Shown: positions 52,319 through 64,000 of the stretch, in pieces | Position numbering within the stretch: position 1 is the stretch's first letter | Layout of the letters: each line of letters begins with the position of its first letter | Origin: Tubiluchus corallicola | Lineage: Eukaryota > Animalia > Priapulida | DNA length: 64,000 nt | Direction: 5' to 3' | NCBI GenBank assembly: GCA_030141605.1 | Contig: JAQGDQ010000790.1 | Coordinates: forward strand, 1 to 64,000 | Program-made: the position numbers and the translations under genes | Notes under the pieces: model-generated | The model's database searches: none | Told to the model about the DNA's origin: nothing | Seen by the model: only the letters and a program-made list of their open reading frames with translations

Positions 52319-53015
52319 AAGCAAATGGTCCCCTGTCAGGGCTAGATTGAGGTGTGCTGGTGCCCTAAGCACGCCCAGCAACTGGTGCCAAGCAAATGGT
52401 CCCCTGTCAGGGCTAGATTGAGGTGTGCTGGTGCCCTAAGCACGCCCAGCAACTGGTGCCAAGCAAATGGTCCCCTGTCAGGGGTAGATTGAGGTGTGCT
52501 GGTGCCCTAAGCACGCCCAGCAACTGGTGCCAAGCAAATGGTCCCCCGTCAGGGGCAGATTGAGGTGTGTTGGTGCCCTAAGCACGCCCAGCAACTGGTG
52601 CCAAGCAAATGGTCCCCTGTCAGGGCTAGATTGAGGTGTGCTGGTGCCCTAAGCACGCCCAGCAACTGGTGCCAAGCAAATGGTCCCCCGTCAGGTGTAG
52701 ATTGAGGTGTGCTGGTGCCCTAAGCACGCCCAGCAACTGGTGCCAAGCAAACGGTCCCCTGTCAGGGCTAGATTGAGGTGTGTTGGTGCCCTAAGCACGC
52801 CCAGCAACTGGTGCCAAGTAAACGGTCCCCTGTCAGGGCTAGATTGAGGTGTGTTGGTGCCCTAACCGCGCCCAGCAACTGGTGTCAAGCAAATGGTCGC
52901 CTATCAGGGCTAGATTGAGGTGTGTGGTGCCCTATACGCGCCCAGCAACTGGTGCCAAGCAAACCGTTGCCTGTCAGGGCTAGATTGAGGTATGTTGGTG
53001 TCCTCAGCAACTGGT
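52319..53015. repeat. 71-bp tandem repeat, about 10 copies
   Basis: Unit AAGCAAATGGTCCCCTGTCAGGGCTAGATTGAGG...AACTGGTGCC. Confidence 0.97.
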
Positions 53016-53429
53016 TCCCCGGCTCCTGTCACTTCGTGCACGTTTCGTGGTCCAAAGCCATACGGCATTGTGTTAAACAACTCACACAACGTTATATATA
53101 AAACAAACTTCGTTTCCCTTTAAATTCTTTATTGACTAAAAAATGAAATTTCAATTAAACAAATCAGGCAAGAAAAATGTGCAATGGCTGGCAACAGCAA
53201 AAAACGTGTCATTTTCAGCACTAGCTATTGGAATGACTTAACTAAAGTAAGCATTAAGGACAACCAAATAGGCCAATACTAAATACATGTAAAGATATCA
53301 ACAACACATTTCAATAACACAATGTCTAACGCTGATATCAACTTCATTTAAATTTATGTTAACCTACATTATTAAATTTTGTCTGTTTTTTGCCAGCTTG
53401 GTGCCCGAAGCACCTGCTTATGGGTTAAT

Positions 53430-54830
53430 CCGGCCCTAACCCTCTGTCCCAGGAAGAACAAGCTGCAGCGCAGTTACGTTACCCCCGACCCTACCCCTCT
53501 GTCCCAGGAAGAACAAGCTGCAGCGCAGTTACGTTACCCCCGACCCTACCCCTGTGTCCCAGGAAGAACAAGCTGCAGCGCAGTTACGTTACCCCCGACC
53601 CTACCCCTCTGTCCCAGGAAGAACAAGCTGCAGTGCAGTTACGTTACCCCCGACCCTACCCCTGTGTCCCAGGAAGAACAAGTTGCAGCGCAGTTACATT
53701 ACCCCCCGACCCTACCCCTCTGTCCCAGGAAGAACAAGCTGCAGTGCAGTTACGTTACCCCCGACCCTACCCCTCTGTCCCAGGAAGAACAAGCTGCAGT
53801 GCAGTTACGTTACCCCCGACCCTACCCCTCTGTCCCAGGAAGAACAAGCTGCAGTGCAGTTACGTTACCCCCGGGCCCTACCCGTGTCCCAAGAAGAACA
53901 AGGTGCAGCGCAGTTACGTTACCTCCGACCCTACCCCTCTGTCCGAGGAAGAACCAGCTGCAGCGCAGTTACGTTACCCCCGGGCCCTACCCGTGTCCCA
54001 AGAAGAACAAGCTGCAGCGCAGTTACGTTACCCCCGACCCTACCCCTCTGTCCGAGGAAGAACCAGCTGCAGCGCAGTTACGTTACCCCCTGGCCCTACC
54101 CCTGTGTCCCAGCATGAACAAGCTGCAGCGCAGTTACGTTACCCCCGGCCCTACCCCTGTGTCCCAGGAAGAACAAGCTGCAGTGCAGTTACGTTGCCCC
54201 CCCGGCCCTACCCCTGTGTCCCAGGAAGAACAAGCTGCAGCGCAGTTACGTTACCCGCGGCCCTACCCCTCTGTCCCAGGAAGAACAAGTTGCAGCGCAG
54301 TTACGTTACTCCCCCCCCCCCCCCGGCCCTAGCCCTCTGTCCCAGGAAGAACCAGCTGCAGCGCAGTTACGTTACCCCCCGGCCCTACCCCTGTGTCCCA
54401 GGAAGAACAAGCTGCAGCGCAGTTACGTTACCCCCGGCCCTACCCCTCTGTCCCAGGAAGAACAAGTTGCAGCGCAGTTACGTTACCCCCGGCCCTACCC
54501 CTGTGACCCAGGAAGAACAAGCTGCAGCGCAGTTACGTTACCCCCCCCGGCCCTAGCCCTCTGTCCCAGGAAGAACAAGCTGCAGCGCAGTTACGTTACC
54601 CCCCGGCCCTACCCCTCTGTCCCAGGAAGAACAAGTTGCAGCGCAGTTACGTTACCCCCGGCCCTACCCCTGTGTCCCAGGAAGAACAAGCTGCAGCGCA
54701 GTTACGTTACACCCCCCCCCCCGGCCCTACCCCTCTGTCCCAGGAAGAACAAGCTGCAGCGCAGTTACGTTACCCCCCCGGCCCTAGCCCTCTGTCCTAG
54801 GAAGAACAAGCTCAATTACGTTACCCCCTA
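53430..54830. repeat. About 55-bp tandem repeat, about 25 copies
   Basis: Unit CCG(G/A)CCCTACCCCTCTGTCCCAGGAAGAACAAGCTGCAGCGCAGTTACGTTACCC. Confidence 0.97.
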
Positions 54831-56527
54831 CGTTACACTCTGACTACACATGGCCCGGTCATGCATGACTGCATTGCGCACGAGTCACGGGTGACTGCTT
54901 TCACCCTGTGACAATTCTGCGTACGTAATGTCACACGCGTCCACACGAATGGTAGCACTTTACCTGTGCCTAAGTTTTACAACCCTCAGAATACTAGACA
55001 CGCCACGTCTCGCCAATGGACAGCTAAACAGAGATTCCGACATTTTCCACACACTAGTCCACAAATGAAAATGGATTTTCTGTACAAGTGTGCCCCAAAT
55101 TGTAAAAAAAAACTTTGCACGTGCTCAGAAGCACCAACTACCGTTATTACACATCGGTAATAACTTTAGCAGACAAGCAGTCGAGACTATGATGCTACAA
55201 AGGCTTTGTGTCACACAATGTGCTCTTTAAATATTATAAACGGATAAAAACATTTATAATGTGAAGTTAGGTGAAGTGTTTCAATATTCCGCGAAGTTTA
55301 ATACATGTTGCGTAAACCTTTTTTTAAGAGCAATTATTTTCTACGCACATCAAGGGACTCAATTTTTTTAAAAATATAACAAATTCTAGGTAATCAGTTT
55401 GGGCTGTTTGTGATTAAGTTTGTGTCGGCTACAGCAGCTTACAGAAGCGCTTTAGTCAGCAAAGATAAACACGTTTGAAAACGTTTCATTCTGCTTAAGT
55501 AGAGATTCATACTTTCACTGTACGTCGTACAAGCACCGCCCGTAACCTGACACTCGTGAACACATTGCGCAGGGAAACCCTACCCTCGTGGGCGGAGCTT
55601 TGCTTTTTAGATGTCGAGAATTTCTATTGCCAACGCTCTTTCAGCAGCAAGTTCTACTCTCAAACTTTCTTGCAAATCTGCATGGCTGACTTAGTAGACT
55701 TTCAGGGAAAACTTTAGCATAAATTGCCCTTATAATGTAAACACGCGCGGAATGCGTAATGCCTCAAGACTTGGAAAATGCTGAAATTAATTCCGCAACA
55801 ATAAATGTATATTATCGCAGCAACCACTAGCGCATGACAGTTTTATGACTTAGTTTAGACAAACTTTGGAAGTTAAGCAATACTAGTTTTAGTGAGGGAT
55901 TAGATGAAGGACCAAGTGAGTTTGAAAATCATATGTTTATGAATCAATGCAAATGCAGAATTGGAAACAAATGCATGCGAATCTGCACGATCATGCCTCT
56001 TAGTTAAGTAAGTGCCTCTGAAGCTGCAGCTGTAATCGGGGGGGGGGGGGAATTGAGTGTGGGATGGAAGCAAAAGTAGCCACTAGGTCAAACGACTCGA
56101 AAAGAGCTGCAACCTCTACTTCCATTGTTAAAGTAAGTGTTCAGAAACAAGCCCAGACACACAGATCCACACGGTTTGTTGTGTTTTTTGGCTTACTGTA
56201 GTAACAACTGACCTAATTACAACATTACAACGCGGATTGATATTTCCCAAAGGACAAGATTATAAACACATGGTACGGGCTAATAACAATAATTTCTCGT
56301 ACCTAAACCTAAATTGCCTCTGCCAGGATTTACGTTTGAGGGAATTTACGGGTACGGAGACCAATATATCATTTGTGCTGTAGACACTATGGCATTATAC
56401 ATGTGCAAATGACCAGTTTGGGCATATTGGTCAAAATAATCCATTTATAATTTGGCGTTCTCCCAAGTGCTTTGGAGCTCAAGAATGATTAATTAATGAG
56501 ATATGACATCTGGTGATAACGAAAGCG

Positions 56528-56915
<388 letters not shown>

Positions 56916-59269
56916 AGTGTGTAAGATTTTTAAAACAGGATAACCCAGATTCTCGTTTACAACAGGGTCCTGTGTTAAGAAGCAGCGCAGAATTATAATC
57001 ATAGCTTTATATACTTGTAAAACTAATTGTATGGATGAGGATGCAAAACTGTCCAGCTTAAATACCATAGATTGACGACTTTACATACAGTTTAACGTAT
57101 AGGCGTACAGGGCCGATTAGCGCCTAACCCCCAAAAAGTCCGGAGTACCTCACCCCACCCCTTGATGAAACAAAGCCAAGATTTCGGACATTTCATTTGG
57201 CGGCATGTAGAAATTTCGAGATTTCCTTTTATGAAAAATATTATTTTACTTTTGTCCATCATTTCCCGGGTGTCCTAAAAATTTGGTGATTGCCCAAAAA
57301 TGTGTTTGCCCAAATCCAGGGAGGCTGCAGACTCCCCGGTTCGTACACCTATGTAGCTTAAATCCTTAAATTGTGTTATTTAACGTACTATTGACACACC
57401 TCATTAAATTAAGTATAGTTCAAGGTTTAAAAGAAAAATTCGTCTTGAAAGTGACTTGATTTTTAAACGCTTTGACATTTGCACAATGACGTACGAATAG
57501 TTCCCCCAGAGGGAATTCACCCTGTAACATCGATAAGCTCTCGACAATGTCACTGTCGAAAGAGGAAGTGAGAGAGTAACTACAGGAAGACTAGAATGGG
57601 TCTCAGGGGTCCCTATTTCGGTGGTCGGACGTTTAGCATCGGAGGTTAGACACTGGTTCGAATCTGCTGAGCAACTCTACGTGTTTTTCACTATTTACGT
57701 CTTACAGCTTCACTTTTATTGTTTAAATTAAAAAAGTTAAGCGGCCACAGCAAAATGTTGCCGTTTTAATCAAATTACTACCCTGCTCAGTGTATGCTAT
57801 GCTTTAAACCAGTCAGCAATACCGCTTAACGCTAGCACACCACAAATAGTTTAAGTTTAATGTAATTGCCCTTAGAAGGCCAAAAAAGGAAAAAAGAAAA
57901 ATGCCTTAACAAAAAAAGAATTTATGGTATCTTCACGAGCGGGAGAAATAGCCTAGCGGTCACAGTGTACACTTAGTGAGCAGTTAAGCAACTTCCAGCT
58001 TGGTTAATAAATAGATGTGCCACTGTCACTTTACCTATATAAGGGAGGGAATTTAAGTAAAATGCCACAGGTAAAAAGTGACAGGAAAAAAGAAATAACC
58101 CTAACTCTGACCTTGACCTTAACCCCTAACCCTGACCCTAAGATATTGAATACATGTAAACGCGATTGCATGACGTGTAGTGGGCATCTCATCTTGACAG
58201 ATTATGCTTGATATGTGAATAAGTCCTGGTCCTGTCACACCTTTTGCATTAAACACGTCTTGTTGTTGACTGCTTTTGTTTAAGTTTTTGCTATATTTCG
58301 ATTTTATTTTGTCTTATTTACAGTTGACTTAGTTTTTCGATGGTATCGATAATTTATCATATTTTTCCTCGACAACTTTTGTCATTGATGTTATTACTAC
58401 AACATTTCAGTTTTACTTTTTCTTATTTGCTTCTGTTTCTTTGTTTTTGTATGATTTATATTTACCTTATTTTTCTTTGGTGTAATTTATTGGTTTTAAT
58501 TTCTGATAAAGATTTCATGAAACATCTAAACTGCAAGAAATGCTTGGTGTCGGGGGATCCGTCCCGGGGCCCCCTGGGAAAGCTTACAGACCCTTTAGTT
58601 AGGTCTTGACTGCCGACTTGACTTGACTCCCTGGCTGGATGTCAACGCTGTATAGAAGACTGCGAGTGCATACTTTGGTACTGTATGCTCAAAAGTTTCG
58701 AAAACCAGAATAATTTACAAAACAGTCAACCTGGTAAACACCACCACAGTATAGAAGAGAAACTATTTCCACTTTGTTTTTGCTGCGTGCCAACTTATTT
58801 AATGCCTGGGCAATGAATTTTCAAATTTTCAGAAACCATCTGATGGATAATTCTCTGGTCTCCAGTAACGTTTCAAATTTTTTAAGCTCGCATGAATTGC
58901 GGCGAATTTTGTGTTTAAAATACCTTTAAACAGCTGTATATTTTTATTGCTTTACAACTTGCTACTCGGCCGTCTTAAAATTGCTCATTGTACACAGGCA
59001 CAGGAATTAGCGAACGCAGGCTGTGGGAATAATGGTTTTTTGTGAATCAATTTTCCTGGTATCTGTTTGATCTCTCATAAAGTAAGGTCAACGAATACTC
59101 TCTTACATACATATCAAGTGTTTAAGAGCAACTTTGCTGTGGAATTCATTATCAGACCAATTAAATTCAAGTAACTACTGCAGATACTGCGATGTTGTAA
59201 CTATCTCAGATACTGTATTTTGATAATTTTTGCGGAGTTAATAAATACATTGAATTGAAATTGAATTAA

Positions 59270-59470
59270 GAAATACGATGTCATTCTGAATTAGGAGAAG
59301 ACGAAACTGTTAACCACTTTTCTACAAAATGAGATCGACACCTTTTGCTGATATTTATATCGATGTTTCTGTAATCAAACCCGTATCTTCGGACAAATAT
59401 CTAGGACGATTATCGGACTGTCATCAAAAATTCGTTCTCTGATAATGACGATATTTCAAGGCAGAAATGT
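59270..59470 (+). mobile_element. Degenerate fragment of the same RTE-X-like RT family
   Basis: KYDVILN*EKTKL ... DKYLG ... DNDDISRQ, collinear with the 41 kb element; has stops and frameshifts. Confidence 0.6.
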
Positions 59471-60934
59471 CTTCTTGTTACGTACCATTTCTTTGCTTTG
59501 ACGTTCACTTTAGATTCTATGAAATTGGCTGACCGACACAAATTCTACATGGGTAAAAACGTACGAAACAGATTTGGTGCTACCAAAGATTATTAGTGAA
59601 AAAGTCAGATACCAAGAGAAACCGACAGAGAGAAAATTTGGTACAAGGAAAGTTTGGTACAATGGAAACATCTTTTATATAACGTCCTCGAAAACCTTAA
59701 ACTTATACCCACAATGACACGAGACGAAATGTGCCATTTAGTTTCACCCCCTACCAGAGTTACCCCTATATCGTGATGGTTCGACCATTACGAAGCCATT
59801 ACACATTGCATACGAGTTACAGAGTTACCGATAGGAACTATTACGTCGATTCAGCAAGCAGGTATGTGTACCATCTAAGCACCTGTTCCAGCTAGCATGG
59901 TAGATGCAAAGATACGCACACTTTCTACATGCCGGCATAACCCAGCATTGAGCCAGGACCTCTTTGCGAAGTCTGTATTCGAACCGAGCAATATTGCTTA
60001 ATTTGTTTTTATTGGTTTTTGTTTGTTTATCTTTTATTTAACATTGTGTTGCATTAGTTCTTATTTCGCCTCCACTTGCGTCGGTTGAAAATTAACTGTG
60101 TTAGTCAATATCGCAGAAACTCAGGTACCACATAACTATGCTTATTCAATCGATACCGGCACATTACCAAATTCATTATATTCATCCAACTGTATAGTAA
60201 TAAAAATTAGCTTGATTGTTGTAATTAAGCACAAATACGTGAAAACACGCCCAGCTTTTCTCAGGGCTGCTTCTCTGATGAATTTGCATAGTCACAACAT
60301 TCTCGTTCAATCCTTAAAGGCGACAGGTAGGGAGCCAGCAAGTTAAATGTTTGTTTTTTATTGTATCAAATCACATATAGCAAGCAGGGTCGGTGCTATG
60401 AATTGTGACGCCCAATAGCAAAATTGTTAGTGGGGCCCACTACCCTACAAAAGCTGAAGATTAATGGTTTATGCTTCGTGTAGTATGCCAGTCACAGTCA
60501 AAACGTACTGAGGCTTGAGGCTCCATCATTAGCCACAATGATATATTAAAAATTGAAAGCCCATATGAATTTTTTCATGTTTTATTACAAGTCAAAATAA
60601 TTATTTACATTTTATTTGTGCATAGATCTTCTAAAACAGACTTAATGGCATTTTTATTCGTGAAATATTTCAAACTCATTTCAAAGTCAATGATTTTTGC
60701 AATGTCATTTTCTATAAATAGCATCACCAAATATCTCTCCTTTGAAATTGTTGACCGGTAGGTTTGTTTAAAACTGCGCCGAGGGTTTGAATATCGTCTA
60801 GAAATTAGTAAAATCCACTAACGATCCAGCTTATACATATAGGGTTCATACAAATGGCGAAGAAAAAAAAGTTAACTTACACAACAAATAAACAAGCGAT
60901 TAGCAAAAAACATTGAAACAGATATGTACAAGGA

Positions 60935-62138
60935 CAGACTACGTAGTTTCACTGCCTTCACAGTATCAAGAAACTTCGTGCACACTGGACACTCATTAAT
61001 TCATCATAGCGTCCTCCACTCGAGCGTGTGTGTGGGGGCAGACTGACTAGTTTCACTGCCTTCACAGTATCAAGAAACTTCAGGCTTACTGGACACTCAT
61101 TAATTCATCATAGCGTCCTCCACTCGAGCGTGTGTGTGGGGGCAGACTGACTAGTTTCACTGCCTTCACAGTATCAAGAAACTTCGTGCACACTGGACAC
61201 TCATTAATTCATCATAGCGTCCTCCACTCGAGCGTGTGTGTGGGGGCAGACTGACTAGTTTCACTGCCTTCACAGTATCAAGAAACTTCGTGCACACTGG
61301 ACACTCATTAATTCATCATAGCGTCCTCCGCTCGAGTGTGTGTGTGTGTGGGGGGGGGGGGGCAGACTGAATAGTTTCACTGCCTTTACAGTATCAAGAA
61401 ACTTCGTGCACACTGGACACTCATTAATTCATCGTAGTGTCCTCCACTCGAGCGGGTGTGTGTGTGTGGGGGGGGGGCAGACTGAATAGTTTCACTGCCT
61501 TCACAGTATCAAGAAACTTCGTGCACACTGGACACTCATTAATTCATCATAGGGTCCTCCGCTCGAGCGTGTGTGTGTGTGTGTGTGTGCATTATGGGGG
61601 GGGGGGGGGCAGACTGAATAGTTTCACTGCCTTCACAGTATCAAGAAACTTCGTGCACACTGGACACTCATTAATTCATCATAGCGTCCTCCACTCGAGC
61701 ATGTGTGTGGGGGCAGACTGACTAGTTTCACTGCCTTCACAGTATCAAGAAACTTCAGGCTTACTGGACACTCATTAATTCATCATAGCGTCCTCCACTC
61801 GAGCGTGTGTGTGGGGGCAGACTGACTAGTTTCACTGCCTTCACAGTATCAAGAAACTTCGTGCACACTGGACACTCATTAATTCATCATAGCGTCCTCC
61901 ACTCGAGCGTGTGTGTGGGGGCAGACTGACTAGTTTCACTGCCTTCACAGTATCAAGAAACTTCGTGCACACTGGACACTCATTAATTCATCATAGCGTC
62001 CTCCGCTCGAGTGTGTGTGTGTGTGGGGGGGGGGGGGCAGACTGAATAGTTTCACTGCCTTCACAGTATCAAGAAACTTCGTGCACACTGGACACTCATT
62101 AATTCATTAATTCATCATAGTGCCCTCCACTCGAGCGG
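60935..62138. repeat. About 104-bp tandem repeat, about 11 copies, with variable (GT)n and G tracts
   Basis: Unit CAGACTGACTAGTTTCACTGCC...CTCGAGCGTGTGTGTGGGGG. Confidence 0.97.
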
Positions 62139-62279
62139 GTGTGGGACCCCTCTTACCGCGGTGTCCAATCTGGAAAAATCTGTCAAATTGGCTTGACACC
62201 AGCTGTGATATCAGGTCAAAATATTACCATAGTTTTTCACAATTTTCACATTGAGTTCATAACATCACACAAAAAAAAC

Positions 62280-62460
62280 AATGTGAAACTCAGCCACATA
62301 CACAGAGGTCTACAAGGACATGACTGTCATTACAGCACGCTAGACAATCATAAATCAAGAGTTAATTCGCTTGAGTATGAACAACTGGGATCATCAATTG
62401 TCTTAATGTCCGCCCCAAAGGCAGGTGGAACAATGACATTCGAAAAGATTGGCCATTAAC
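62280..62460 (+). mobile_element. Possible RTE-like LINE 3' coding relic
   Basis: LSHIHR and GIINCLNVRPKGRWNNDIRKDW in different frames, loosely like GHxxR...GRPxxRWxDxI. Confidence 0.35.
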
Positions 62461-63493
62461 AAACACAAACAAGTAGGGAACATTGTCAGTACCATAAATT
62501 TTTATAAACAGTCCAAGTTCATGAAATACAAGTATAACATGCTCAATATACATTGTACAATGGTAAAACAACTATGGTTATGAATGACATTTTGTAACAG
62601 AGAATTCATTTAGGTGGCCATCCAAATTTCTAAATTTAATATTATTGCGGAATTGAAATGCTTGTGACGCAAATTGGGTGCTGTCGCACTAGTACTCTTT
62701 TGCTGCTGTTTCTGACTATTTTTACTTTGGACACACCTAGATAAACAGCTGCTACATATAAGCACTGTTTTTTCACTCTGGCCGCTTCTCTATGGAACTT
62801 AAGAAATGAAGGTCATTTATTTATGATAAAGGTAACTAACTTTGTTATACAGCATGTCACTAGTCATAAAAGTTATCAAAAGTACATATAATTGAGTGAT
62901 GTAATAATTGTGTTAAGCTACTTTTTTAGTTGTCATTCTTAGCACACCCCCCCCCCAGAATTCTAAAATCAGTGTAGATCTTGAACAAGCAAATCATGAC
63001 AATAATCTCAGTGAGAAACCATTACGATCGTCCTGGTCTTGGTGGTCGTCAGTTTTGCACACGTGGCAATACCAGACATGAAAATAAGTGTCTTTTATTC
63101 AACTTAAACGTTCTTTTAATTCAATCATTTTTATCGTTTCTTACGTGGTTTTTATCGTATCTTTTCCATTCGTACAAAAGGGATACAATCTCAGTATTTA
63201 AGCCTAACAGTTGCTATTTAAAAACCGAGCCACTAATGTGATGTCACGTTTATGTCATGATGAAGTCAAGACCCAAAATCACGAACATTAGAATCGGAAA
63301 CACACCAGCTTTGAAAACATTACCCTTCTTGGTAGTAAGATAACATAACACACATGAACCACGTTATGCATAGCATGTGCTATCCTATATTAACACTTTA
63401 ACATCTGATAAAAGTATGCAAATTATCAGAAATTAGAACACTAAGCTAAATAAAACAAACGTTCGTTCCTTTCATTACACGTATACTTCATAG

Positions 63494-63778
63494 CAGGGGC
63501 GTAGCCAGGTTCTAAAGTTAGGCGGAGCAAAAACGTAAAACGGTGTTCTGACAAATTCCAAACAATTTTTAAGTCATTGATTTCACATTTTAATTTAGTG
63601 TCTAAAATCCAATAAAGTTTGCAAAGACCCCCCCCCCCCCCGAAATTTCTTCCAAGGCCATACGATAAAAAATAAAGTATTTTCAACTTTTATCACACAA
63701 CTGATCTAAAGAGCTAAAAAAGTTGAAAAGGTACAGATTCTGAAAAATTGCACCCTTCGCTCCCGCATTACGCCACTG
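63494..63778. mobile_element. MITE with CAG(G/T)GGCGTA termini
   Basis: CAGGGGCGTAG...TTACGCCACTG; similar termini at about 29206-29586. Confidence 0.55.
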
Positions 63779-64000
63779 CTTCTAACGAGTTAAGGAACCA
63801 CCAGCGGCACTAATAGAAATAATTATCAGAATGTTATTACATGTATTTTACTTCGCCACTATTAGAATGGAACAAAAATTGCAACCTTTTTCATTTACGA
63901 TAGCATGTAGTAAACTGATAAGCTGCAAAAGATACGCTGCATAATTGCCAATGAGATTAGAAACTGCTGATTATGACTCATTCAATTTTCAACACAAGAC

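Noticed and set aside
53379-54556. ORFs of 187-317 aa in three frames
   Set aside because: A unit of about 55 bp rotates through the frames; low-complexity repeat artefact.
57595-57680. tRNA gene suggested by GGTTCGAATC
   Set aside because: No cloverleaf or proper A box; probably a decayed SINE head.

Overview
AT-rich, repeat-dense eukaryotic (invertebrate animal) genomic DNA with two convergent intron-containing genes, both assembled by eye from splice signals. PET100 is on the + strand (4 coding exons, 1185-5165, 81 aa). A complete classical calpain is on the - strand (48880-9696; CysPc + CBSW/C2-like + penta-EF-hand domains; intact Cys/His/Asn triad; about 740 or 746 aa). The most notable features are: (1) two duplicated, phase-matched exons encoding EF-hand 1, separated by only 48 nt, i.e. 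a sterically enforced mutually exclusive pair; (2) a U12-type minor intron two exons further on; (3) an intronic solo LTR carrying clustered heat-shock elements in front of its TATA box, pointing antisense at a calpain exon; (4) a candidate divergent alternative to exon 2 next to an RFX X-box/ETS cluster; (5) a possible divergent spliced transcript upstream of PET100 whose introns look highly structured. The rest is MITEs, LINE/SINE relics and many minisatellites. Most long ORFs in the ORF track are repeat artefacts. No rRNA, tRNA or CRISPR was seen.
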